Of a DNA stretch of 32,000 nt, positions 9,625 to 17,374 are shown piece after piece. The stretch covers positions 3,690,001 through 3,722,000 of the forward strand of contig NZ_LN831024.1 of assembly GCF_001457615.1 (NCBI RefSeq), given 5' to 3'. Below the pieces are notes generated by a model, which was not told the DNA's origin, searched no databases, and saw only the letters and a program-made list of their open reading frames with translations. This DNA comes from Pseudomonas aeruginosa. Lineage in GTDB: Bacteria; Pseudomonadota; Gammaproteobacteria; Pseudomonadales; Pseudomonadaceae. The first letter of the stretch is position 1. Each line of letters starts with the position of its first letter. The position numbers were made by a program, and so were the translations under genes.

Positions 9625-10632
9625 TTAATGAATCTTGCTGCCCAGCGTCACCACGCCATCCGCGCGCTCCCGGCCCAGCCAGCTGGTCCAGCCAAGGCGG
9701 CAGGCGTTCTGCGCGCCGATGCGGAACTCACGGATTTCCTCGTGGCGCAAGACCAGCCGGATGTCGTAGTCGAGCGGGTCGCGCAGGGTGAAGCGAACCA
9801 GCGCGCAAAGCGGCTGGTAGCCGGGACCGATCGGCAGGAACTCGTGGAAGCGCTGCCAGTCGAGCTGGCGGATATGAATGCGGAACTTGCCGCTGCGGTC
9901 GCGGACCCGTTCGCCCAGCACCGCGTCTTCGCCAAGCTGGCTGTTGAACAGGCCGAGCCGGTTGCGCTGCTCTTCGAGGATCGCGACGCGCCGTTCGATA
10001 CACTGCTCGGCGACCAGTTCGGCATGCTTGAAGTAGTAGCGCAGCACCGACTCGATCAAGGCCGCCGAGTGCGCCCGCAGGCTGAGCAGGCCCAGGTAGG
10101 GTAGCAGGCGTTTCCAGTTCAGTTCCCTGGCCTTGCGGATCTCTTCCCCGCCCAATCCGACGAGGGCGAACAACTGAGCGGAGAACGCATCGCTCGCGCC
10201 GCTCTGGAAGCTCACCCGGTAGCGGTACTTGCGCCAGATCGGCAACAGCAGCCGATGCAGGCGGTGATGGAAGAGATCGAGGAAGTTCCGCGTAGGATTG
10301 CCCTCCTCGCTGTCGCCCAGGGCCTGCTCGCTGTAGAACGCCGGCAACGGCGAACTGGCACCGAACAAGCCGATCAGGTTGAAACGCAGCCGCGCCCGCA
10401 GCATGCCGCGCTCTTCGAAGAACTCCACCCGATCGACATCGCTGCCCGGGAAACCGAGGCTAGGATTGGCCTGGAATTCCAACTGATCGTAGAGCGCCTC
10501 GTCTCCCAGGCCGGGATGTTCCTGGCGCAGGCGATCCATGACCAGCAGGACCGCCTGGAACAGCGAGTACTCGCGAATGCCCCGGGCCAGCGCGCTTACA
10601 GCAGGGGCTGCAAACCCATGCGCGGTTTCCAT
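9625..10632 (-). CDS. tssG2: Type VI secretion baseplate subunit TssG
   Basis: 335-aa ORF immediately after tssF, overlapping it by 37 nt. The N-terminal REYSLFQAVLLVMDRL stretch is typical of TssG. Confidence 0.85.
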   Translation of the reverse strand: METAHGFAAPAVSALARGIREYSLFQAVLLVMDRLRQEHPGLGDEALYDQLEFQANPSLGFPGSDVDRVEFFEERGMLRARLRFNLIGLFGASSPLPAFYSEQALGDSEEGNPTRNFLDLFHHRLHRLLLPIWRKYRYRVSFQSGASDAFSAQLFALVGLGGEEIRKARELNWKRLLPYLGLLSLRAHSAALIESVLRYYFKHAELVAEQCIERRVAILEEQRNRLGLFNSQLGEDAVLGERVRDRSGKFRIHIRQLDWQRFHEFLPIGPGYQPLCALVRFTLRDPLDYDIRLVLRHEEIREFRIGAQNACRLGWTSWLGRERADGVVTLGSKIH

Positions 10633-12383
10633 TGGTACACGTCTCCCTGTGTGCTCCTCACCCGCAACTCGTGGTAGGAGTTGATGCTGGCGTAAAGCGC
10701 GAAAAATTCGTTCAGAACCGAAGCGAACACGAACAGGTCGCCCTCGCCGATGTAGCCTTCCGGATCGATCGTCAGCTCGGTACGCAAGCCGCGCAGCGGC
10801 AGGCCCCGATGCAGGCGGTCGACATGCTCGTGGCGGACCGACTTGAGCCCGCCCAGCAGGCGCTTGCTGACCTTCGCCGCATGCTGGTCGTAGTAGCGCG
10901 GCAGGTCGTAGGTTTCGAGGATCACCTTGAGCGCGTCGACGTTGGCCAGCGACAGGTAGTTGAGCGACATGTTGCTGATCAGTTTCCAGAGGAAATCGCG
11001 GTTCAGCGGCGGCGCGTAGCTCGGCGTCGCCGGGGTGATATTGCGGAAACCGAGGAACTCCGGCGTGCCTTCGCAGGCGACGCAGATATCGCCCAGGCGC
11101 AGCCGTTGGGGCAGGTTCTGGTTGGTGCAGGTCAGTTCCACCGACAGCGTCTCGATCTGCTCGGGATGGCGGATGCCGAAGCTCAGGTAGGTGTCCAGGC
11201 CATCGTGCAGCAACGAGGTCCGTTGCCGGACGCTGTAGTGGGGCCGTGCTTCCGGGACGTCGAAGCTGGGATCGTGCTCGAAGGACTCGAACGGTACGTA
11301 GGCCTGGTAGCCGAGCCCGCCCGGCCGCCAGCCGGTGACGCCCTCTACCGAGAACACCCCGCAGTCCTCCAGGCTGTATTCGGCCGGCATCAGCAGGTAT
11401 TCGTCCTGCTTGCCGTCTAGGCGGATCGGCAGCGCATCGTGGCGGAACAGGTTGGCCACCGGCGTACAGTACAGCTTGACGTTCTCCAGCGTCGGGTGCA
11501 GGCGCTGGATGCCGCTCTTGCGGATATCGAAGCGCAACTCGAGGCCGCGGACCTGCTTGAGGGTTTCCTCGGGCAGCGCGCCGAGCAGGTCAAGGCCATC
11601 CACGTCGACGAACAGGAACTTGTCCTGGAACGCGAAGTATTCCTGCAGGTAGCGATAGCCACGGAAGGTATTCAGCGGATAGGGAATCAACGCCTCGTCT
11701 TCGACGAACCCCACCGGCTGCACCCGCTCGCCCGTCAGGCGGAACGACATCGGCTTGCCGGCCACGCCATCCAGCGGCCGCCCATGGGCGTCCAGCGGAA
11801 TCAGCTGGATGCTCTCCAGGTTGCGCAGCAGGCACAGGTAGAGCATCTGGCTGATGTAGCGCTCGCCGGCCAGGTGCAGGCGCAGCCGACTCAGGCCCAG
11901 CTCGCCGAGATGCCCGTCGCAGTTCATCGCCAGGCGCAGGCCGAGCAGCGCACCCTCGCCGGTCACCGAATAGTTGAGCGCCTCCAGCACCAGCGGCAGG
12001 ACCTCGGTGGCGTAGCAGGTACGGAAGCGACAGGCGACCTCGCCCACCGGCCGGCTCTCGACCGGCGTATCGCGCTCCACGCGCAGCGCCCCGCCCGGGC
12101 GGGTCAGGGGGTCGAACTGGAGAATGCTGAAAGCCGGCAGCGGGCGCATATAGTTCGGCCACAGCAGGTGCATCATCGAGTGACTGAGTTCCGGCAACTC
12201 GTCGTCCAGCTTCTGCCGCAACCGCCCGGTCAGGAAGGCAAAGCCCTCGAGCAGGCGCTCGACATCCGGATCGCGTCCGACCTGCCCGAGAAACGGGGCC
12301 AGGGCCGGGCTACGCTCGGCGAAACGGCGCCCCAGCTGGCGCAGTGCGGTGAGTTCGCTCTGGTAGTAATGATTGAAGGACAC
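10596..12383 (-). CDS. tssF2: Type VI secretion baseplate subunit TssF
   Basis: 595 aa with a typical TssF N-terminus (SFNHYYQSELTALRQLGRRFAERSPALAPFL). The start codon is GTG at 12383, 3 nt after the stop of the PAAR-like ORF. Confidence 0.9.
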   Translation of the reverse strand: MSFNHYYQSELTALRQLGRRFAERSPALAPFLGQVGRDPDVERLLEGFAFLTGRLRQKLDDELPELSHSMMHLLWPNYMRPLPAFSILQFDPLTRPGGALRVERDTPVESRPVGEVACRFRTCYATEVLPLVLEALNYSVTGEGALLGLRLAMNCDGHLGELGLSRLRLHLAGERYISQMLYLCLLRNLESIQLIPLDAHGRPLDGVAGKPMSFRLTGERVQPVGFVEDEALIPYPLNTFRGYRYLQEYFAFQDKFLFVDVDGLDLLGALPEETLKQVRGLELRFDIRKSGIQRLHPTLENVKLYCTPVANLFRHDALPIRLDGKQDEYLLMPAEYSLEDCGVFSVEGVTGWRPGGLGYQAYVPFESFEHDPSFDVPEARPHYSVRQRTSLLHDGLDTYLSFGIRHPEQIETLSVELTCTNQNLPQRLRLGDICVACEGTPEFLGFRNITPATPSYAPPLNRDFLWKLISNMSLNYLSLANVDALKVILETYDLPRYYDQHAAKVSKRLLGGLKSVRHEHVDRLHRGLPLRGLRTELTIDPEGYIGEGDLFVFASVLNEFFALYASINSYHELRVRSTQGDVYQWKPRMGLQPLL

Positions 12384-12386
12384 GGC

Positions 12387-12710
12387 TTACCTGCTGGATA
12401 TCGTTTCACTGATGGCAGTCGTCTGACCGCTGCCGCCAAAACCGCAATGACATTTCTGGCCTGAAGATCGGAAACCCACGGTGTCCGTTGTCTTTCCGTA
12501 ATCGACCCGATTCGCGCCCATCTCAGAAGACCTCATGGACGAACCAGGCATCGAAGCGGTACAGCACCAGGCCGAGGCGTCACCCTGGCGGGCCGCCGCG
12601 AGGCCGTCGAAGAACACGTCGGCGGAACCGACGACGATGGGATTGCTGCCGTGCCCGGGGAGCGGACAAGCGGTGGGATCGGAAACGCGGGCTGCGGGTT
12701 TGCCGGACAT
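12387..12710 (-). CDS. PAAR-like spike-tip protein, 107 aa, with an atypical C-terminal half
   Basis: The N-terminal 47 aa carry two clear PAAR motifs (GKPAARVSDPTACPLPGHG and DGLAAARQGDAS). The C-terminal 60 aa have only a degenerate third motif (GANRVD) and a CHCG cluster. GC drops from about 68% to about 55% and many codons end in A/T. The stop lies 3 nt before the tssF start. Confidence 0.6.
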   Translation of the reverse strand: MSGKPAARVSDPTACPLPGHGSNPIVVGSADVFFDGLAAARQGDASAWCCTASMPGSSMRSSEMGANRVDYGKTTDTVGFRSSGQKCHCGFGGSGQTTAISETISSR

Positions 12711-12720
12711 CGAAACCTCC

Positions 12721-13128
12721 TTAGCTGACCTTCACCTGGCCGCTGCCATCCAGGCATGCGGAAAAACTCACCTGGCGCTTGAAACCTTCCACCTCCAGCA
12801 ACCCTTCGATGCTGAAGGCCAGGCGGAGCTGGTCGTTGTCGCGTGGCAGGGAAACGACACGCACGTCGCTCAAGCGCGGTTCGTAAGCCTCGATGAAACC
12901 TTCGATGGCCGAGCGGGCCTGGCTCAGGGAGTCGTGCAGGCTCAGGCGCATGTCGTTGAGATCGGGCAACCCGTAGTCGGACAGCGTCTGCACGCTGCCC
13001 GCCCGGGTGCTGAGCATCTTGCCCAGATGGGCAGCCACCGACGCCATGGCGGAAACCTCGCGGCTCCAGCCGACGCGCTTATCCGCGTCGCCGTTCAGGC
13101 GCTCGAACAGGCTGCCGTATCCGGTCAT
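12721..13128 (-). CDS. tssE2: Type VI secretion baseplate subunit TssE (gp25-like)
   Basis: 135-aa ORF (MTGYGSLFERLNGD...GLPDLNDM...) with GPW/gp25-family features. It lies downstream of tssC. Confidence 0.85.
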   Translation of the reverse strand: MTGYGSLFERLNGDADKRVGWSREVSAMASVAAHLGKMLSTRAGSVQTLSDYGLPDLNDMRLSLHDSLSQARSAIEGFIEAYEPRLSDVRVVSLPRDNDQLRLAFSIEGLLEVEGFKRQVSFSACLDGSGQVKVS

Positions 13129-13140
13129 GGAAAGCTCCGC

Positions 13141-14616
13141 TTACTCTTTGTCCAGCTTGCCGACCAGCGACAGGGTGAAGTCCGCCCCCATGTACTTGAA
13201 GTGCGGGCGCACGTTCAGGCTGACGCGGTACCAGCCCGGCTCGCCCTCGACGTCACTGACGATGATCTGTGCAGCGCGCAGCGGGCGACGGCCGCGCACT
13301 TCGGCGCTGGGGTTTTCCTGGTCGGCGACGTACTGGCGGATCCACTTGTTCAGCTCCAGCTCGAGGTCGGTACGCTCCTTCCACGACCCCAGCTGTTCGC
13401 GTTGCAGGACCTTCAGGTAATGGGCCAGGCGGTTGACGATCATCATGTACGGCAACTGGGTGCCGAGCTTGTAGTTCAGCTCCGCGGCCTTGCCTTCGGC
13501 GCTGATGCCGAAGAACTTCGGCTTCTGCACCGAGCTGGCGGAGAAGAACGCGGCGTTGTCGCTGCCCTTGCGCATGGTCAGGGAAATGAAGCCTTCCTCG
13601 GCCAGTTCGTACTCGCGGCGATCGGACACCAGCACCTCGGTGGGGATCTTGGTCTCGATCTCGCCCATGCTCTCGAAGTGGTGCAACGGCAGGTCCTCTA
13701 CCGCACCGCCGCTCTGCGGCCCGATGATGTTCGGGCACCAGCGATACTTGGCGAAGCTGTCGGTCAGCTTGGTGCCGAAGGCATAGGCGGTGTTGCCCCA
13801 CAGGTAATGCTCGTGGCTGTTGGCCACGGTCTCCTTGTAGGCGAACGACTTGACCGGATTCTCTTCCGGATCGTAGGGCGTGCGCAGCAGGAAGCGCGGT
13901 ACGGTCAGCGCCACGTAGCGGGAATCCTCGGACTGGCGGAAGCTCTGCCACTTGGCGAACTGCGGGCCTTCGAAATGATCCTTCAGGTCCTTCAGGTCCG
14001 GCAGGCCGGTGAAGCTTTCCAGGCCGAAGAACTTCGGACCGGCGGCCGCCACGAATGGCGCATGGGCCATGCAGGCCACGCTGGAGACGTATTGCATCAG
14101 CTTGACGTCGGGCGAACTGGGCGACATGTAGTAGTTGGCGATGATGGCGCCGACCGGCTGGCCACCGAACTGGCCGTATTCGGCGGTGTAGATGTGCTTG
14201 TACAGGCCGGACTGCATCACCTCGGGCGAGTCCTCGAAATCGTCCAGCAGGTCCTGCTTGGAAACGCTGAGAATCTCGATCTTGATGTTCTCGCGGAAGT
14301 TGGTGCGGTCGACCAGCAGTTGCAGGCCGCGCCAGGCCGACTCCAGCGCCTGGAAATCGGGATGATGGAGAATCTCGTCCATCTGCGTGCTGAGCTTGGC
14401 GTCGATCTCGGCGATCATCCGGTCGACCATCGCCTTCTTCACCGGCTCGCCGTCGTTCTGCGGCTTGAGCAATTCCTCGATGAAGGCGGAGACGCCGCGC
14501 TTGGCGATGTCGTAGGCCTCGTCGTCCGGGCTCAGGCGGGTCTCGGCGATGATGCTGTCGAGAATGTTGTATTCGCCGTTCTGGTTCCGGCCTTGCTGTG
14601 CGGCACTGGTGCTCAT
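13141..14616 (-). CDS. tssC2: Type VI secretion contractile sheath large subunit TssC
   Basis: 491 aa. The typical TssC/VipB sequence runs throughout (for example PRFLLRTPYDPEENPV and GPQSGGAVEDLPLHHF). Confidence 0.95.
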   Translation of the reverse strand: MSTSAAQQGRNQNGEYNILDSIIAETRLSPDDEAYDIAKRGVSAFIEELLKPQNDGEPVKKAMVDRMIAEIDAKLSTQMDEILHHPDFQALESAWRGLQLLVDRTNFRENIKIEILSVSKQDLLDDFEDSPEVMQSGLYKHIYTAEYGQFGGQPVGAIIANYYMSPSSPDVKLMQYVSSVACMAHAPFVAAAGPKFFGLESFTGLPDLKDLKDHFEGPQFAKWQSFRQSEDSRYVALTVPRFLLRTPYDPEENPVKSFAYKETVANSHEHYLWGNTAYAFGTKLTDSFAKYRWCPNIIGPQSGGAVEDLPLHHFESMGEIETKIPTEVLVSDRREYELAEEGFISLTMRKGSDNAAFFSASSVQKPKFFGISAEGKAAELNYKLGTQLPYMMIVNRLAHYLKVLQREQLGSWKERTDLELELNKWIRQYVADQENPSAEVRGRRPLRAAQIIVSDVEGEPGWYRVSLNVRPHFKYMGADFTLSLVGKLDKE

Positions 14617-14644
14617 GTATCTGCTTCCTTGGCTAGGGGGTGGC

Positions 14645-15151
14645 TCAGGCGTCCTGGGAGGGGGCGGCGCTCAGCCCCAGCTCGCCCAGCACACGGCTAC
14701 GGGACTCGTCGTCGGCGAGTACGCTTTCGATGGCCTTGCGGAACGCCGGGGCGTTGCCCAGCGGGCCCTTGAGGGCCACCAACGCATCGCGCAACTCCAT
14801 CAGCTTCTTCAGCTCGGGCACCTGCTCGACGATGCTGGCCGGGTTGAAGTCCTTCATCGAGTTGATCTGCAGCCCCACCGCCAGCTCGTCGCTGCCGCCC
14901 TCCTCCTGGAGACGATTGGGTACGCTCAGCGTCAGCCCCAGCTCCTGCTTGGCCAGAACCTCGTCGAAGGTCATCTTGTCGATGCCGATCGGCTTGCGGT
15001 CCTCCACCTTGCGCTCATCCGTGCGCTGGGCGTAATCGCCGATCGCCAGTAGCTTCAACGGCAGTTCGATTTCTTCCTGGGCACCGCCAGTGGCGGGCTT
15101 GAAGGTGACGTTGATGCGTTCCTTTGGGGCTACCGAGCCTTCTTTGGCCAT
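14645..15151 (-). CDS. tssB2: Type VI secretion contractile sheath small subunit TssB
   Basis: I trimmed the track ORF to ATG 15151 (MAKEGSVAPKERINVTFKPATGGAQEEIELPLKLLAIGDY), which follows an AAGGAGAAAAAG Shine-Dalgarno. The product is 168 aa and VipA-like. Confidence 0.92.
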   Translation of the reverse strand: MAKEGSVAPKERINVTFKPATGGAQEEIELPLKLLAIGDYAQRTDERKVEDRKPIGIDKMTFDEVLAKQELGLTLSVPNRLQEEGGSDELAVGLQINSMKDFNPASIVEQVPELKKLMELRDALVALKGPLGNAPAFRKAIESVLADDESRSRVLGELGLSAAPSQDA

Positions 15152-15186
15152 GGCTTTTTCTCCTTGAGAATTGAGGGCGCGAAGCC

Positions 15187-16743
15187 CTATTCGAGCACCA
15201 CCTCGAGATCGAGGTGGCACAGCCTGCGATAAATGTCTTCCTTGCGTTCTCGCACGGCGTGGTTCTGCGGCAACAGCTCGCAGCAGCTATGCAGCAGGTG
15301 CAGTACATCCAGCGCCAGATCGGGCTCCCAGGCGTGCAATCCCGATTCGTGCAACTGATGGTCGAGGCTCTCCAGCTGGGTCTTGGCCAGCTCGTACTTC
15401 TTCGCCAGGAAGCACAGTCGCGCGAGGCTCAGTTGCCAGAAGAACCGGGCGCGCCCGCCGTGGGCGCGCTTCATGCCCTGCTTCAACACCTGTACCGCCG
15501 CCTTCAGGCCGTCCTTGCGCAACACCGGCTGGACCTCGTTCAGGGCGACGTCCCATTCGGCCTGCAGGGCCACGGTCTCGACCTTGCGCGGCGCACTGTC
15601 GTTCTGGAGATGGGGCATGACATGGGCGCTGATCCAGCCGCGGGTGGCCGCATCGGCGAATGCGCTGCCATCGTGGAAACGCAGCTCCACCAGCCCCGGC
15701 AGACGCTGCAGGAGCAAGGCGAAATGCATTTCGACTTCCCGCATCGCCTGCTCGGCGTTGAGCCCTTGCAGGCACTCCCAGACCAGGCGCTGGCCGTCGA
15801 ACCAGAACGGCGCCCGTGCCAGGCTCGCCTCCAGCTCCACCAGGAGATCGGCGTACAGGCCCTGGGCGAAACGCTCCTGGTAGCTTTTCAGCTTGTCCGC
15901 CGGCACTCCCCTTAGCGCGGTGACCTGTTCGGCATTGCGCTCGGGCATGGACTCGATGGGCAGCCAAAGCATCGTTCGGTTGAGGCGCAGCGCGCGCAGA
16001 TCGGTGGCTTTCTGCTTCAGCCACCAGGCGCACAGGGGGCGTGCGGCCTCCTGCTGGGCGCGCATGGCCTTGTGGGCGTCGCGCTCGTTGTCGATGGGCG
16101 CACCCGGCGCCAGCAACTGGCTGGCCGCCTGCTTGACCTGGGCCACCACGGCGCCGACCACGCCAGGTTCGGGCTGGTTGTCGGCGGCGCGCTGGAGCAT
16201 GCCCGAAAGGCGTCGGCTGATCGGCAGCAACAAGGGCGCGTCGTCGCCCAGTTGCGCGGTCAGCGCGGTATCGAGTTTTTCCAGGTGCTCGGCGAGACGC
16301 CGGAACAGGGGGAGTTGCTCCTTGATCGGTACGTTCTCGTTCAGCGCCTGCTCCAGCCGGGGCACCAGCCAGGCAATGGCCGCGGCGCGAGTGCGCGCCT
16401 TGAGCGGATGGATCTCGACCCAATGCCGGCTGCACAGACGTTCCAGCAATCCCAGTCCGGCCAGCAAACCGGGAAAGGATTCCCGTTGGTAGAGGGCCCA
16501 GGTCAACCAGGCTGCAACACGCAGGTCCTTGGATTGGGCACGAAGCAGCGCTTCGCTGTTTTCCAGGATTTTCAACCAGTCGGTCTGGCCGTTCTCATGG
16601 AGCGAGAGCGCCTTGCCCACCTCATTTTCCAGCGCCTCGTATTCGCTGGAAAAACGCACATCCTCACCCGCAAAGACATCCTTTGAAATCGGCTGTTCCG
16701 CGAGTTCCAGATAATGCGAGGAGAGCTTGCTCGAATAGGTCAT
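15187..16743 (-). CDS. tssA2: Type VI secretion protein TssA (ImpA N-terminal domain)
   Basis: 518 aa with an ImpA_N-like N-terminus (PISKDVFAGEDVRFSSEYEALENEV). It is the first gene of the operon, directly downstream of the AT-rich control region. Confidence 0.9.
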   Translation of the reverse strand: MTYSSKLSSHYLELAEQPISKDVFAGEDVRFSSEYEALENEVGKALSLHENGQTDWLKILENSEALLRAQSKDLRVAAWLTWALYQRESFPGLLAGLGLLERLCSRHWVEIHPLKARTRAAAIAWLVPRLEQALNENVPIKEQLPLFRRLAEHLEKLDTALTAQLGDDAPLLLPISRRLSGMLQRAADNQPEPGVVGAVVAQVKQAASQLLAPGAPIDNERDAHKAMRAQQEAARPLCAWWLKQKATDLRALRLNRTMLWLPIESMPERNAEQVTALRGVPADKLKSYQERFAQGLYADLLVELEASLARAPFWFDGQRLVWECLQGLNAEQAMREVEMHFALLLQRLPGLVELRFHDGSAFADAATRGWISAHVMPHLQNDSAPRKVETVALQAEWDVALNEVQPVLRKDGLKAAVQVLKQGMKRAHGGRARFFWQLSLARLCFLAKKYELAKTQLESLDHQLHESGLHAWEPDLALDVLHLLHSCCELLPQNHAVRERKEDIYRRLCHLDLEVVLE

Positions 16744-16890
16744 CCTAACCCTTCAATGCACACCATGTGCGCCAATGAATATCTTAACAATTCAACTAGT
16801 TGGCATAAAAACCGAACGAAAATCCCAATAGTCTGAAGAGCTCTTTGCCTTTTCCATGAAAACAACATAAAAACTGGCAAGCAACAGGAC

Positions 16891-16907
16891 ATTCCCTCTT
16901 TGGGAAT
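16891..16907. promoter_or_regulatory. Dyad ATTCCC-N5-GGGAAT in the tssA2 upstream/leader region (operator or RNA hairpin; binding factor unknown)
   Basis: Perfect 6-bp inverted repeat with a 5-bp spacer, read directly from the sequence. It lies about 150 nt upstream of the tssA2 ATG. Confidence 0.25.
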
Positions 16908-16915
16908 TTTCCTAT

Positions 16916-16935
16916 TCATTGATACGAATCAATGA
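16916..16935. promoter_or_regulatory. Fur-box-like palindrome TCATTGAT-ACGA-ATCAATGA
   Basis: Perfect 8-bp inverted repeat whose half-site resembles the Fur half-site (TCATTATC). It sits in AT-rich promoter DNA next to a TTGGCT -35-like hexamer (minus strand, 16945-16950). Iron/Fur control of this T6SS has been reported, as I recall. Confidence 0.35.
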
Positions 16936-17148
16936 AAGATTTTCAGCCAAACGTCAGGCGTCTGCGTCCATGCCCTTTACGGCTTGGCTATAGCCATCAT
17001 AACGACATTGATGGCCATTTGGAAAACCCTACCAAAACAGGTAGTTAACAATTTATAAAAAATGAGGCAGGCAGTATGGATTTCTCCGGAGAGCCTCGAA
17101 ACATAGGCCTTCCAAGCGGACCAACAGCTGATTTAGAGCGTAATAGCG

Positions 17149-17170
17149 ATTGTGCAAGAAGTTGCACAAT
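17149..17170. promoter_or_regulatory. 22-bp perfect dyad ATTGTGCAA-GAAG-TTGCACAAT (site A; candidate activator or enhancer-binding-protein site)
   Basis: 9-bp perfect inverted repeat with a 4-bp spacer, read directly. Two related copies lie 83 and 105 bp to the right. Confidence 0.45.
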
Positions 17171-17231
17171 GAAAACCAAGAAACATCCCCAATAACAGTC
17201 CACAGCCCTTGAAAATACTGGCCTGAACACT

Positions 17232-17253
17232 ACTGCGCAAAAAGTTGCACAAC
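17232..17253. promoter_or_regulatory. Dyad site B, ACTGCGCAA-AAAG-TTGCACAAC (18 of 22 identical to site A)
   Basis: Hand alignment to site A. It shares the core GCAA-N4-TTGCACAA. Confidence 0.4.
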
Positions 17254-17275
17254 ACTCCGCAACTTCTTGCTCAAT
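17254..17275. promoter_or_regulatory. Dyad site C, ACTCCGCAA-CTTC-TTGCTCAAT (18 of 22 identical to the reverse complement of site A)
   Basis: Directly abuts site B, with a centre-to-centre distance of 22 bp. The core GCAACTTCTTGC is the exact reverse complement of the site A core. Confidence 0.4.
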
Positions 17276-17358
17276 TCACTTGTTATTTTTCTTTTCAGAA
17301 TGAGACATGGATAACAATCAGCCATTGGATGAGATTGATTAAAAGAGCCATGAAAGAC

Positions 17359-17374
17359 TGGCACGGGAATTGTT
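17359..17374 (+). promoter_or_regulatory. Sigma-54 (-24/-12)-like promoter TGGCACGGGAATTGTT, facing away from the T6SS operon
   Basis: Matches TGGCACG-N4-TTGC except for the C of the -12 GC. It lies about 95 bp downstream of dyad sites B/C, with AT-rich bendable DNA between them. Confidence 0.4.

Noticed and set aside
12387-12570. A simple 1-nt frameshift, like those in sfa2 and the MCP, as the explanation for the odd C-terminal half of the PAAR-like ORF.
   Set aside because: I translated the other two frames and both terminate within 14-18 codons without giving PAAR-like sequence. A single indel therefore does not explain it.
15174-15188. Hairpin AGGGC-GCGAA-GCCCT spanning the tssA2 stop codon, just before the tssB2 ribosome-binding site.
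   Set aside because: The stem is only 5 bp with no U-tract. It could be a minor intercistronic structure, but the evidence is too weak to report as a feature.
16983-16998. TGGCTATAGCCAAGCC on the minus strand as the sigma-54 promoter of tssA2. It contains the perfect palindrome TGGCTATAGCCA.
   Set aside because: The GG-N10-GC spacing is correct, but both elements are poor (TGGCTA for TGGCAC, AAGC for TTGC). It is too weak to call as a feature. I mention it only as the best same-strand candidate.
17149-17170. Reading the TGTGCAA...TTGCACA dyad as a CRP/Vfr site, or as a las/rhl box.
   Set aside because: The spacing is TGTG-N10-CACA, whereas CRP/Vfr sites are TGTG-N8-CACA. There is no CT-N12-AG las/rhl-type palindrome here, and I found none by eye elsewhere in 16744-17400.
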